From assembly GCA_964463155.1 (NCBI GenBank), contig CAYXAY010000001.1, positions 1-32,000 of the forward strand: a stretch of 32,000 nucleotides of DNA, given 5' to 3'. Position 1 is the first letter of the stretch. Every line of letters begins with the position of its first letter. The DNA is from an uncultured archaeon (GTDB taxonomy: Archaea > Iainarchaeota > Iainarchaeia > Iainarchaeales > CSSED10-239). Positions 16,958 through 26,900 of the stretch are shown in pieces. The notes beneath the pieces are model-generated. The model saw only the letters and a list, made by a program, of their open reading frames with translations. It made no database searches and was not told the origin of the DNA. The position numbers and the translations under genes are program-made.

Positions 16958-17404
16958 ATGAAAAAAGGCCAACTTTCAATTGAGATTGTAATTCTATTAG
17001 CCATATTTCTATTGTTCTTTCAAGCAATGATACTTCCAACCATTGAGTTTTCAGAAAACATATTACAAGACACTCAAGCAATAGTGATAACCAAAAAGAA
17101 CATAGACAACCTTGCAACAAACATTGAGCAACTATCCAATCAAGAAGGCTACGGGCAAAGAAAAGTATATTTCTATTTGCCATCAAATGCAATTATGAAA
17201 TGTAATAATACTCTAAAGCAATTAGACTACAATATAACAATCTCAAAACAACAGCCAATCCCATCACAATGTGACAATATGGGGCTATGTAGCTTTAACA
17301 AGCAATTACTCGTAAGAAACATAGACTGTAATGCGATAGGCCCCGGCCATAAAGGAATAATAACAATACTAAAAAAAATTGATGGAAACATCACAATCGG
17401 TTAA
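16958..17404 (+). CDS. Prepilin-like protein (148 aa), different globular domain
   Basis: MKKG-QLSIEIVILLAIFLLFF carries the same G-Q...E(+5) signature. The mature part has 4 Cys but lacks the PP..C/YCLV module. Confidence 0.6.
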   Translation: MKKGQLSIEIVILLAIFLLFFQAMILPTIEFSENILQDTQAIVITKKNIDNLATNIEQLSNQEGYGQRKVYFYLPSNAIMKCNNTLKQLDYNITISKQQPIPSQCDNMGLCSFNKQLLVRNIDCNAIGPGHKGIITILKKIDGNITIG

Positions 17405-17757
17405 TGTTTATGAAATCCAAAGCACAAATAAGTTTAGAGTTTATTGTAATACTAGGATTTATACTTGTAATCGCCTTGTTCTTTGCAAACAACATATTTG
17501 GAACAACAGACATTAACAAGTCAATAACAAGAGTGAAGCTAAGAACCTTGGAGGTGTTTTCAACAACAGATTCAAGAGCTCAACTAAACAAAATAGATTA
17601 CTATGTTTCAGACACAAACCTTCAATTAAATCTTTATATTAACAGGTTTGATGAAAACTTCTCATTATCAGAGGAATATTATTCATCAACAATAGATAAT
17701 CTAGAAAAATCAACAATCTTTAAAAATGTAAGAGTATCATTTACATATATTAACTAA
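17404..17757 (+). CDS. Prepilin-like protein (117 aa)
   Basis: MFMKSKA-QISLEFIVILGFILVIALFF. Its start overlaps the upstream stop (TAATG). Confidence 0.6.
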   Translation: MFMKSKAQISLEFIVILGFILVIALFFANNIFGTTDINKSITRVKLRTLEVFSTTDSRAQLNKIDYYVSDTNLQLNLYINRFDENFSLSEEYYSSTIDNLEKSTIFKNVRVSFTYIN

Positions 17758-17772
17758 AAAGAGAAAGAAATA

Positions 17773-18363
17773 ATGCACGGCAAATATTTGTTATTTCAAT
17801 TGTTTTTCATAATAAGTGTCTTTGTAAACTTATTTGTTAATGACAATTTGTTTTTAAAAATACTTTTAGTTTTCTTATTGTTCCTGTTTGGACTATTAAT
17901 ACTTCCAGAATTTCAACATAACAAAAACAAGTTTTTATTTACAGGAATAGGGTTTGTAATTCTTTCTATTCTCTTCTTGTTTGCTGGATATTTCATAAAT
18001 CTTACCTACATAATCGTCCTAACTTGTATACTTGTGGTTTTCTTCTATTGCTCAAAGGTGCTTTTTAGCACAAGCTATGGCGAAGTCATATTTTCAACAG
18101 ACAGAACTGCCCAAATAAAGATAAAAGATGTCTTTTACAATCTTAACAAGATTTATTCTATTGAGACATCAAAGAAAATCGCATCAGGCTCAATAGTATC
18201 AATATGTCTTGACAATTCTATTCTAAGAAAGCCAACAAAGATAATTGATGTTATTTGTGAATCTACAACAACAATTCCAAAAACTTCAAAAACACAAAAA
18301 ATCCCAAAGAAAGCTATAAAAACTAGAAAGAACACAAAAATCTCTAAGAAGAAAAAGAGATGA
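17773..18363 (+). CDS. hypothetical membrane protein with a soluble C-terminal domain and Lys-rich tail
   Basis: 196 aa, about 4 TM segments, then a beta-rich-looking segment and the tail ...KTSKTQKIPKKAIKTRKNTKISKKKKR. No family recognised. Confidence 0.5.
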   Translation: MHGKYLLFQLFFIISVFVNLFVNDNLFLKILLVFLLFLFGLLILPEFQHNKNKFLFTGIGFVILSILFLFAGYFINLTYIIVLTCILVVFFYCSKVLFSTSYGEVIFSTDRTAQIKIKDVFYNLNKIYSIETSKKIASGSIVSICLDNSILRKPTKIIDVICESTTTIPKTSKTQKIPKKAIKTRKNTKISKKKKR

Positions 18364-18367
18364 GTGT

Positions 18368-18748
18368 GTGTTTGATTCAGATTTTAGAAAGATAATTATC
18401 TTTAGTGCAGTTTTTGGATTACTTGGAATCCTATTGCTAATGTATTATTTTGAAACATCAGAGTTATCTGTTTCTGCAGTTTCTGAAAACCACATAAACA
18501 AGACATTAAGCGTTACTGGAAATGTAAAGTATATAGCCCTAAAATCAAATACTCTTTTCTTTGAGCTCTGCGATTCTTCTGCTTGTATTTCTTGCGTTTA
18601 TTTTAATCCTTCTAAGAAACTTATAATAGACCTTAAGGAATTACAAGAAAGCAACAAAGAAATAACAGTAAAAGCAAGATATCAAAAATACTATGAAACA
18701 AAAGAGCTTATTGTTTATGGTTTGTCAGAAAAAGGGGAGGAGAAATGA
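18368..18748 (+). CDS. Membrane-anchored small protein, possibly OB-fold
   Basis: GTG start, an N-terminal TM helix (IIIFSAVFGLLGILLLMYYF), then about 95 aa with an alternating beta pattern (LSVTGNVKYIALKSNTLFFELCD..ACISCVYF...ITVKARYQKY) resembling OB/tRNA_anti-type domains. Fold call only. Confidence 0.4.
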   Translation: MFDSDFRKIIIFSAVFGLLGILLLMYYFETSELSVSAVSENHINKTLSVTGNVKYIALKSNTLFFELCDSSACISCVYFNPSKKLIIDLKELQESNKEITVKARYQKYYETKELIVYGLSEKGEEK

Positions 18749-19905
18749 TTTTTCTTGACATCTTTCTTGGCATAGTTATTGGCTTTGTATTGGGATTAAT
18801 TCCCTGCTTTCACATTAATGTATTAGCTTATCTCCTAGTTATTATTGGCGCTTTTCTTTTGTTTCCAGACAAATTTTATTTTTTCTTTAGTCTTGCAATA
18901 ACAATGACAATTATAAGTCTTGTTCCTTTACTTCTCTTTAACATTTCTACGCCAGACAATTTCACACTAAATCTTGGACGAGATAAAACCCACACAATTA
19001 CAACATATATCTATGGCACATTTTTTGGTTCTCTCTTTTCTATTCTCCTATTACCTATCTTTTACATGTTGTTTGTGCTTTTCTCTGATTTTTACCTCTT
19101 GATTTTTGCAATCCTTTTTTTGGTTTTAATATATTTGGTGTTTTTAGAACGCAGAGTTCTTTTGTCTTTAACAATCATTTCTTTTGCAGGAGCCCTAGGG
19201 CTTATAACCCTAAAATACAATTTCGTTTTCTTTGAACCGCTTCTACCTTGTATCTTTGGGTTGTTTGCCTTGCCAACTCTGCTGGTGTCGTTATGGGACA
19301 ATAAGAAGATAGGCTACGTGTCGCCTGTCCAAGAAATAGTGTGTTTTAAATCAATTTCTGTCTTTTCTTTTCTTGGTGCTCTTTTCTCTTCAGTCATAGC
19401 AATAATTCCTTCCCTAAGCCCAGGCATAGCAACAATCATTCCATCAGTTTTTTCTAAAGACTATTCTTTAGAAAAAAGAAAAATACTTCTTTCAAGTACC
19501 CTAATCTCAGTAATACTTGTGTATTTTTTCATGGCTGCAATATTTAGAAAATCAAGAATAGGCTATGTCTCAATTCTCCTTTCAAGTAATCAGATTCCAA
19601 GATTGCTACTCCCAGACATCTTCCTTTTTTGCTTTGTCTTCTTGTTTGTTGTTTCAGTTGTATGTTTTCTTCTTTTGCATTTCTATCCGCATTTCTTTTC
19701 AATTATGCAAAAGCTTCCGAAGAAAAAAACAACCATTGTTGTTATTGTGTTTTCCATAATTTTGATACTGCTTATAACTAACATCTATTCAATATTTCTA
19801 ATAATTCTCTCTTGTGCGATAGGCTTCTTACCAATAGTCTATAATAAAAACAAATTGCTTCTTATGTCTTATTTAATACTGCCAACAATTTTGTTTTTTA
19901 TATAG
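18745..19905 (+). CDS. Polytopic membrane protein, possibly DUF112/TctA-like
   Basis: 386 aa with 9 or more hydrophobic segments. The N-terminal GIVIGFVLGLIPCFHINV resembles the G..G.iPG.h.n motif of the TctA/DUF112 family. ATGA start/stop overlap with the upstream gene, plus an internal GGGGAGG RBS at 18734-18740. Confidence 0.45.
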   Translation: MIFLDIFLGIVIGFVLGLIPCFHINVLAYLLVIIGAFLLFPDKFYFFFSLAITMTIISLVPLLLFNISTPDNFTLNLGRDKTHTITTYIYGTFFGSLFSILLLPIFYMLFVLFSDFYLLIFAILFLVLIYLVFLERRVLLSLTIISFAGALGLITLKYNFVFFEPLLPCIFGLFALPTLLVSLWDNKKIGYVSPVQEIVCFKSISVFSFLGALFSSVIAIIPSLSPGIATIIPSVFSKDYSLEKRKILLSSTLISVILVYFFMAAIFRKSRIGYVSILLSSNQIPRLLLPDIFLFCFVFLFVVSVVCFLLLHFYPHFFSIMQKLPKKKTTIVVIVFSIILILLITNIYSIFLIILSCAIGFLPIVYNKNKLLLMSYLILPTILFFI

Positions 19906-19916
19906 AGGAAATAAAT

Positions 19917-20288
19917 ATGGAAACCTGGAAAATAAAAAAAAAAGTTCTTCTTTCAATCATGGAACTAGCAAAGGCGGCCTTTCCAAACGAGTTTAGTGGA
20001 ATGCTTGTTGGTGACAATGAGGAAAAAGTAGTTGATGACATCTATATAATCCCAGTAACAATAAATAGTCGCTTTTCTTCAACAATAAGAACTGATCTTG
20101 TTCCAATGTCGCTATCAATTATAGGTTCAGCGCATTCTCACCCTTCAAGCTATGCTCGTCCGTCTTCTGCAGACCTTAGTTTTTTTCAAAGCAAATCAAT
20201 AAACATTATCGCCCACTATCCTTATGGTCCAAAAGATTTTACGGTTTTTGACAGCAAAGGCAAGGAAATCCAAGTTGAGGTTATCTAA
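19917..20288 (+). CDS. Minimal JAB1/MPN/Mov34 (JAMM) metalloprotease
   Basis: 123 aa. Conserved Glu context FPNEFSGMLVG and a complete JAMM motif H-S-H-PSSYARP-S-SA-D (HxHx7Sx2D). Confidence 0.8.
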   Translation: METWKIKKKVLLSIMELAKAAFPNEFSGMLVGDNEEKVVDDIYIIPVTINSRFSSTIRTDLVPMSLSIIGSAHSHPSSYARPSSADLSFFQSKSINIIAHYPYGPKDFTVFDSKGKEIQVEVI

Positions 20289-20381
20289 TTTTCTCTAAAA
20301 ATCCGTCTAAAAAAACAAAAATTTATAAAACAAACAGCAAAAAGCATTTATTATTTTTGCTACACAATTACATTAGAGGGA

Positions 20382-20399
20382 TAGAATAATACTATTCTA
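20382..20399 (+). promoter_or_regulatory. Perfect 7-4-7 palindrome upstream of grpE (candidate operator)
   Basis: tagaata atac tattcta lies 40 nt upstream of the grpE ATG. A TATA-like tttataaa is at 20322-20329, and an AT-rich hairpin agcaaaaa/tttttgct at 20336-20361. Function unproven. Confidence 0.2.
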
Positions 20400-20438
20400 G
20401 CAACTATTTACTAAAAACCTTAAAATTAAAGATTAGCT

Positions 20439-20933
20439 ATGACTATTGACAAAACAATCCAAGAAGAAATAAACCTTATTAAGCAAAAGCTAGAAGAGCA
20501 AGACAAATTATCAAAGGAATATCTAGACCTTCTTCAAAGATCACAAGCAGACTTCATTAATTACAAAAACAGAATAGAAAAAGAAACAAAAGATATCCTG
20601 TTTATTGAAGCTTCAAAAATTTTCAATGATTTTCTAAGTTACAGAGAGATTCTTCTAAAAGCAATAGAGTGCGAAACAGAGCCAAAACTAAAAGAAACTC
20701 TTTTTCATCTTCTAACAAGCCTTGACAATATTCTAAAAAGACAAGGCCTTGAAAGATTAGATGTTCAAGATAAAGACTTTAACCATAACACAAGCGATTG
20801 CATATCTAAACAAGAGATTAAAGATGAAAAGCAAAACAATAAAGTGATAACAGTAATAGAAGACGGTTATCTTCAAAACAAAAGACTAGTAAAACCAGCA
20901 AAAGTAATTGTTGGAGTTTATATTAAAAAATAA
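20439..20933 (+). CDS. grpE: Nucleotide exchange factor GrpE
   Basis: N-terminal coiled coil with the signature [20 protein letters not shown]-terminal beta domain ([18 protein letters not shown]). Lies immediately upstream of dnaK. Confidence 0.85.
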   Translation: MTIDKTIQEEINLIKQKLEEQDKLSKEYLDLLQRSQADFINYKNRIEKETKDILFIEASKIFNDFLSYREILLKAIECETEPKLKETLFHLLTSLDNILKRQGLERLDVQDKDFNHNTSDCISKQEIKDEKQNNKVITVIEDGYLQNKRLVKPAKVIVGVYIKK

Positions 20934-20935
20934 AA

Positions 20936-22765
20936 ATGGTGAAATATATGACAAAAGTTATTGGTATTGATTTAGGAACAACATTTTCTGCAGTTTCAAT
21001 AGTTGAAGCAGGCCAGCCAAAGATTATAATAAACAGAGAAGGCTCAAGAATAACTCCTTCTGTTGTGGGTTTAAGTAATGGCGAAATTATTGTTGGGGCT
21101 CTTGCTAAAAGGCAAGCAGTAATAAACCCTGAAAACACCATATATTCAATAAAAAGAAAAATGGGAACATCCGAAAAAGTAATGTTTGGTGGAAAAGCCA
21201 ACAGCCCAGAACAAGTTTCAGCTTACATCCTTCAAAAACTAAAAAAGGATGCTGAGGAGCAGCTAGGTCAAAAGATAACAAAAGCAGTAATAACAGTTCC
21301 TGCATATTTTTCAGATTCCCAAAGAAAAGCAACAAAAGCAGCAGGTGAGATTGCAGGTCTAGAAGTTCTAAGAATAATTAATGAGCCAACAGCTGCAGCT
21401 CTTGCTTACGGTCTTGACAAAAAACATGTCCACACAATTCTGGTTTTTGATTTTGGTGGGGGAACCTTTGATGTTTCAATACTTGAATTATCAGATGGCG
21501 TCTTTGAAGTCAAAGCTACTGCTGGCGACAACCACTTAGGCGGTGACGACATTGATTCAAAGATCATCGATTATTTAGTTACTGAATTCAAGAAAAAAGA
21601 AGGAATAGACTTAACAAAAGACAAGATGGCAATGCAAAGATTAAAGGACGAATCAGAAAAAGTAAAGATAGAGCTATCAACAACATTAAAAGCAACAATT
21701 AACATACCTTATATAACAGCAACCCCAGAGGGCTCAAAACATCTAAACATAGAACTAACACGAGCGAAGCTCGAAGACATGTGTTCTGACATATTCAAAA
21801 GACTAGAGGGTCCAACAAAACAAGCAATAGCTGATTCAAAGATTGATGTTTCAAAACTTGATGAAGTAATTTTAGTAGGCGGTTCAACAAGAATGCCTAA
21901 AGTTGTTGAACTTGTTGAGAAACTAACAAAAAAGAAAGCAAACAAATCAATCAACCCTGACGAAGTTGTTGCTATGGGCGCAGCAATCCAAGGCGCGGTT
22001 CTTCAAGGAGAGATAAAAGATGTTTTGCTTCTTGACGTAACTCCTTTGTCTCTAGGTATAGAAACCTTAGGTGGAGTCTTTACAAAACTTCTTGAAAGAA
22101 ACACAACAATTCCAACAAAGAAGTCTCAGATTTTTTCAACAGCCTCAGATTCCCAAACAGCAGTAGACATTCATGTTCTTCAAGGCGAAAGACCATTAGC
22201 AAAAGACAACTTGACTCTTGGAAGATTCCAGTTAGTAGGCATCCCTCCAGCACCAAGAGGAGTTCCACAAATTGAAGTTACTTTTGATATTGATGCTAAT
22301 GGAATAATACATGTCACCGCAAAAGACCTAGGCACAGGAAAGTCTCAAAACATAAAAATCACTTCAACAACTTCTTTAAGCAAAGAAGAGATTGAAAGAT
22401 TAAAAAGAGAAGCAGAGGAACACGCAGAGGAAGATAAAAAAACCAAAGAGAAAATTGAAGTTAGACACAAAGCAGAGACTTTAGTCTATTCAATTGATTC
22501 TGTTCTTGAAGAGGCAAAGGACAAGTTATCTACAGAAGATACAGAAGACATAAAAAAACTAAAAACAGAACTCCAAGAAGCAATAGATAATGATTCTCCA
22601 AATCTTGAAGAAAAAACAATTGCTCTTCAGACAAGGCTTTATGATATTTCAAAGAAGCTTTATCAACAGGCATCTTCACAGTCTCAAAATCAAGAAGAAC
22701 CAAAGGACGACAAAAAAGACAATGGAAAAACAGTAGATGCAGAATACACAACAGAAGACAAGTAA
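20936..22765 (+). CDS. dnaK: Hsp70 chaperone DnaK
   Basis: [28 protein letters not shown] and other canonical Hsp70 motifs. The probable true start is ATG 20948 ([10 protein letters not shown]), since GGTGA at 20938-20942 is 5 nt upstream. Confidence 0.95.
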   Translation: MVKYMTKVIGIDLGTTFSAVSIVEAGQPKIIINREGSRITPSVVGLSNGEIIVGALAKRQAVINPENTIYSIKRKMGTSEKVMFGGKANSPEQVSAYILQKLKKDAEEQLGQKITKAVITVPAYFSDSQRKATKAAGEIAGLEVLRIINEPTAAALAYGLDKKHVHTILVFDFGGGTFDVSILELSDGVFEVKATAGDNHLGGDDIDSKIIDYLVTEFKKKEGIDLTKDKMAMQRLKDESEKVKIELSTTLKATINIPYITATPEGSKHLNIELTRAKLEDMCSDIFKRLEGPTKQAIADSKIDVSKLDEVILVGGSTRMPKVVELVEKLTKKKANKSINPDEVVAMGAAIQGAVLQGEIKDVLLLDVTPLSLGIETLGGVFTKLLERNTTIPTKKSQIFSTASDSQTAVDIHVLQGERPLAKDNLTLGRFQLVGIPPAPRGVPQIEVTFDIDANGIIHVTAKDLGTGKSQNIKITSTTSLSKEEIERLKREAEEHAEEDKKTKEKIEVRHKAETLVYSIDSVLEEAKDKLSTEDTEDIKKLKTELQEAIDNDSPNLEEKTIALQTRLYDISKKLYQQASSQSQNQEEPKDDKKDNGKTVDAEYTTEDK

Positions 22766-22784
22766 AAAGGATTGAGACAAGAAA

Positions 22785-23933
22785 ATGTCAAGCAACAAAA
22801 ATTTTTATGATATTCTTGGAGTCAAGAAATCAGCAACAGCAGAAGAGTTAAAACAGGCTTATAAGCAACTAGTAAAAAAATACCATCCAGATATCTCCAA
22901 AGAACCAAATGCTGAAGAAAAGCTAAAAGAAATAACTCATGCTTATTCAATTCTTGGCGATGAAAACAAAAGAAAACAATATGATATGTTAGGCGAGGCT
23001 GCATTTAATGGTGGGGGTTACCAGGATTTCAATTTCAGCGAAGACTTTGATTTTGATCTTTCAAAAATATTTTCCAGGTTTGGCTTTTCTGAAGATGATT
23101 TCTTTGAAGAGTTTTCTGGTTTTAAAAATCGCGGTTTTGGTTCTCATGGGAAACGCCAAGAGTGGGCAGACCTTAACTTGAAAACAAAAATAAATGTTGA
23201 TTTTGTTACTTCTGTTAAGGGCGGTAAAAAAGAAATAAAACTTGACAAAGATGTTGTCTGCTATACTTGTGAAGGCACAGGATCAAAATCAAAATCAAAA
23301 ACAACCTGTTCAACTTGTGGCGGCAAAGGCAGAACAATTTTAAGAAAGCAAACTCCTTTTGGTATGTTTGCAATTGAACAATTATGTTCAAAATGTAAAG
23401 GACATGGCACAATAATCTCTGATTTATGCAAGTCTTGTGGTGGCAAAGGTCACCTAAAAAAATCAGTAACCTTAAATGTTGATGTTCCTGCAGGTGTCAA
23501 TAATGGCGATATCATAAGACAAAGAGGCGCAGGAAACACTCATGATGGTCAATCAGGTGACTTATTCATTCAAGTTTTTGTATCCAACCATGAGTTCTTC
23601 AAAAGAGAAGGCTTTGATCTTTACTGTGAAGTCCCAATCATTTATAGCGACTTAATTCTTGGAACAAAAATAAAAATCAAAGGCATCCAGGACACAATCA
23701 CCTTAACAATCCCGTCAGGCACAAAATATGAAACCGTCTTTAAGATTTCAGGTAAAGGGGTTCCAGACCCTAATAGAAGAGGACTTCATGGTTCTTTGTT
23801 TGTAAAAGTTCTTCTTGCTGAACCCATTGATGTCAGTCGCGAATATAAACAGCTTCTCGAAAGACTAGCACAGATTGATTCAAAGACAAAAAAGAAAATC
23901 CAAGATAAGTTTAAAGATTATATAAGTTTTTAA
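22785..23933 (+). CDS. dnaJ: Hsp40 co-chaperone DnaJ (type I)
   Basis: J domain with HPD (KKYHPDIS), a G/F-rich region, and four CxxCxGxG repeats (CYTCEGTG, CSTCGGKG, CSKCKGHG, CKSCGGKG). Confidence 0.93.
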   Translation: MSSNKNFYDILGVKKSATAEELKQAYKQLVKKYHPDISKEPNAEEKLKEITHAYSILGDENKRKQYDMLGEAAFNGGGYQDFNFSEDFDFDLSKIFSRFGFSEDDFFEEFSGFKNRGFGSHGKRQEWADLNLKTKINVDFVTSVKGGKKEIKLDKDVVCYTCEGTGSKSKSKTTCSTCGGKGRTILRKQTPFGMFAIEQLCSKCKGHGTIISDLCKSCGGKGHLKKSVTLNVDVPAGVNNGDIIRQRGAGNTHDGQSGDLFIQVFVSNHEFFKREGFDLYCEVPIIYSDLILGTKIKIKGIQDTITLTIPSGTKYETVFKISGKGVPDPNRRGLHGSLFVKVLLAEPIDVSREYKQLLERLAQIDSKTKKKIQDKFKDYISF

Positions 23934-26900
23934 AAATACTCAGACAATGACCTTTGTACCCTTGATTTTTTGTCTGAGAAAAGTGAATTGATTTCGTCTT
24001 CGCTAAGCTGTATTCTTTGTAAAAGATGAGGATTCAAGTTATAATCGATCACAAGGTTTTTAGCAACTTCTAGATATTTCTTAATAGAGCCCTGTGCAAT
24101 TGTTAAGATTAATTTCCCACCGCAATCGCAAACTCCAGAAAGTGGTATTCGTCTATATTTCTTATTGCACTTTACGCATCTTAACTTTTGGCGAGCAAAA
24201 GCCCTAGTGTTACCAATAATGTCCGGGAAAAGATGATAATGCAAAAGTCTTTCAAGAGAGTCTTTGTTATCAACAGCTTTTATTCTTCCCTGAAGCTTTG
24301 CTTGTTTTTGCATTTTGTCTGCCATTGATTTGATTGAAATATAATTTGATTGCTTAGGTCCTTCATCAAAAGCAAAAGTGTCATGTGTAAACTTTATACA
24401 ATCATATTGTTCTTCTGTTCCAAGTATTTTTCCGGCATTAACAATTTCAAAAACCTTGTCTGCTTCAGTGAAGTTTTTTGTGGCCTGATAAAACTCATAA
24501 GGATATTCTGTGTTAGTCTCTATCTCATGTGACTCGTCATCAATCTCAAATGGCGAAAGCACAGTGGTAAAAGCAATAGGCGCATCCATTCTCCCTCCCC
24601 TTCCTGCACTCAAATATGCGCAAGAGAAATTAAGCATAGAGTCCATTAACAAAAGCATAGAGTCTTGGTCACCATCAACATTTCTTCTTTTTGCAGTAAT
24701 ATAATAGGGATGCCCCCAAGCAAGTTTAGATTTAGAATAACCAATTATTCTTCCTACAATACCGGCAGAGGTATGTGGAGCAAGTCCAATTACAAGTTGT
24801 CCAATAAGGTCTTCTTTAGTCTTAGCATTATAAAATCTTGAAAGCTTATAAAACTTTTCAAGTTCATCATCAACAAAAGCAGCGACTCTCAAAAAATAGT
24901 CCCCGCAATGTTCGTCAACAATAATGTCTTGAGGAAAGATAGACACTCTCTGGTTGTCATCTTTTAAGTCATTTCCAAGATAATCGTGCTTATACCCAAG
25001 TTCTTTTAGCCTTTCAACATTTATTCCAAGTTCTTTTGCAGACACTTGAGTAATAGTCGCATTCAATGCTTCATATCTGCAAGTGCCGTCTCTAAAAATA
25101 TAAACATTATGTTTTGCTCTAAGTATTCCTTTCTCAAGTGGCTCTGAGTGTTTTTCTCTGCTGATAAGTCCCTTGACCCCCTTTAAAGTTTCAGGCACCC
25201 CCACTAGAAGATTGTTTGCTGCCTGTTCAATTTGTTTGTCAATATTTATTTTATGTTCAAGTTTAGGTTTAGTTTCAATATTACATTTATTACATATTTC
25301 CTGCAATGTTTGGCTCTTACATTTTATACATTCTCTTATGGTCTTTGTGCCAGTCCTACAATCAAAGCAATAGTTCCCAAACAATATCTTCTTACAATAA
25401 GGGCACATATATGCTTTAATTTCAACACAATTTATCCCAACATCATGTTTTGTTTCTCCATTAGCGCTTTTCCTTGTTGCCTTAATCAAATCTCTTGAGT
25501 TTCCAAAGCCTCTTCCGATAGGGAAAAGAGCATGTGGCTTTCCGACCATCTCTCTTTCATGTGCGGCTTCAGGTCTTCCCATTCTTGCTCCAATCCAAAA
25601 CCCGGATTTCTCTCTAATGTCTATTTTAGATATATGACTTAAAATATCTGTTGCCTTCTTGTCTTCGTCTTCAATTTCTTCCTTAAATTCCTCTAAAGGA
25701 TCAATAGCATTCATTGCCCCAACAGTCTTTAGGAAAGGATATGCTTGTTCTTGTTCAATCAATATTTTGTTTTCTTCTTCCAAATACTTATGAACAAGCC
25801 CTATCTTTTCTAATATCCCTTTAATGTAGCTATCATATTCAATTTTCAAGCCAATAATCTGTGATTCTTTTTTTGTTAATATCTCTGTTCCAATAACTTC
25901 AATTGTTTTTTCCAAGATGTCTTTTATGCTTTCAAAGATTGTAGGTTTATTTTTGGTTTCTTCTTCTTCTTCTTCGTTTGTTGAAAATACCTTATCTGTG
26001 TTTCTTACCTGTCTTATTAATGTTTTTAATTCTTCATGATTCAAAAGATCATAATAAAATATATACTTAGGAAACAATGGCAAATTATATTTGATACTTA
26101 ATGCAACAGCGCTATAAGGGTTTGGCTTTTGATAAAACTCTTTACACATTTCAAGAACAGGCCTTGGTATCTTGTGTGTTCTAAAAAGATATTCAATCTC
26201 AGAAAGCCATTCTTCCTCAACATACCCAGATTTAATCAAAGGGTGACCTGTTTTCCTAAAGTCCCCAACAGAAATAAGCATGTCTCCAACAAAAAGAATC
26301 CTATCTATCTGCTCAATATATTTTTTTGCGTCTTCAACATAGTCAATAGCAACAACATCTTTGTTCTTTAATCTAACAATTGGCCCATCAATTGTTGAAC
26401 AAGGAAAATATTGCAATGATTTTCCTGGTCTTTCAATTCTTCCATGTGTTCCAACAGCAATGAATTCATCTAAGACAAACATTGTTGAAGGATTAATGGC
26501 TTTAGCCATAAGTCCAGTGTTTCTAGCTTTACCATATCTGAGTCTAAACCCACCTTCCCTAAAAGGATAAGCAAAAACTGGTCTTCCAGCAGCCAGACCT
26601 TCAAGATATTTCGTTGATGGCTTTAACTCAACCCCTTCAGCAGTCTTCTTTACTTTAACAAGTTTTTCCATCCAAGACCAATCAAGTCCTAATTTTTTAC
26701 TAGTGTTCATGATCTTTAAGGCTCTAACATAAAGCCCGTCAATAAGAACAAGACACATAGCCCCTCTAACCTTGTTTGTGTCAATTCCAGGAACATCTCT
26801 GTTAGCAACAATTTCAACTTCACTATCCGCAAAGCTATTTATCCTTATTGGACAATTCTCAACCAAGATTTTAATTTCAGTTTCAGTAACTCTTTGCTGT

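Noticed and set aside
20289-20438. CIRCE/HrcA operator or a tRNA gene in the grpE upstream spacer
   Set aside because: No match to TTAGCACTC-N9-GAGTGCTAA. No cloverleaf-compatible sequence or T-loop GTTCRANNC motif was seen here or in any other spacer of the window.
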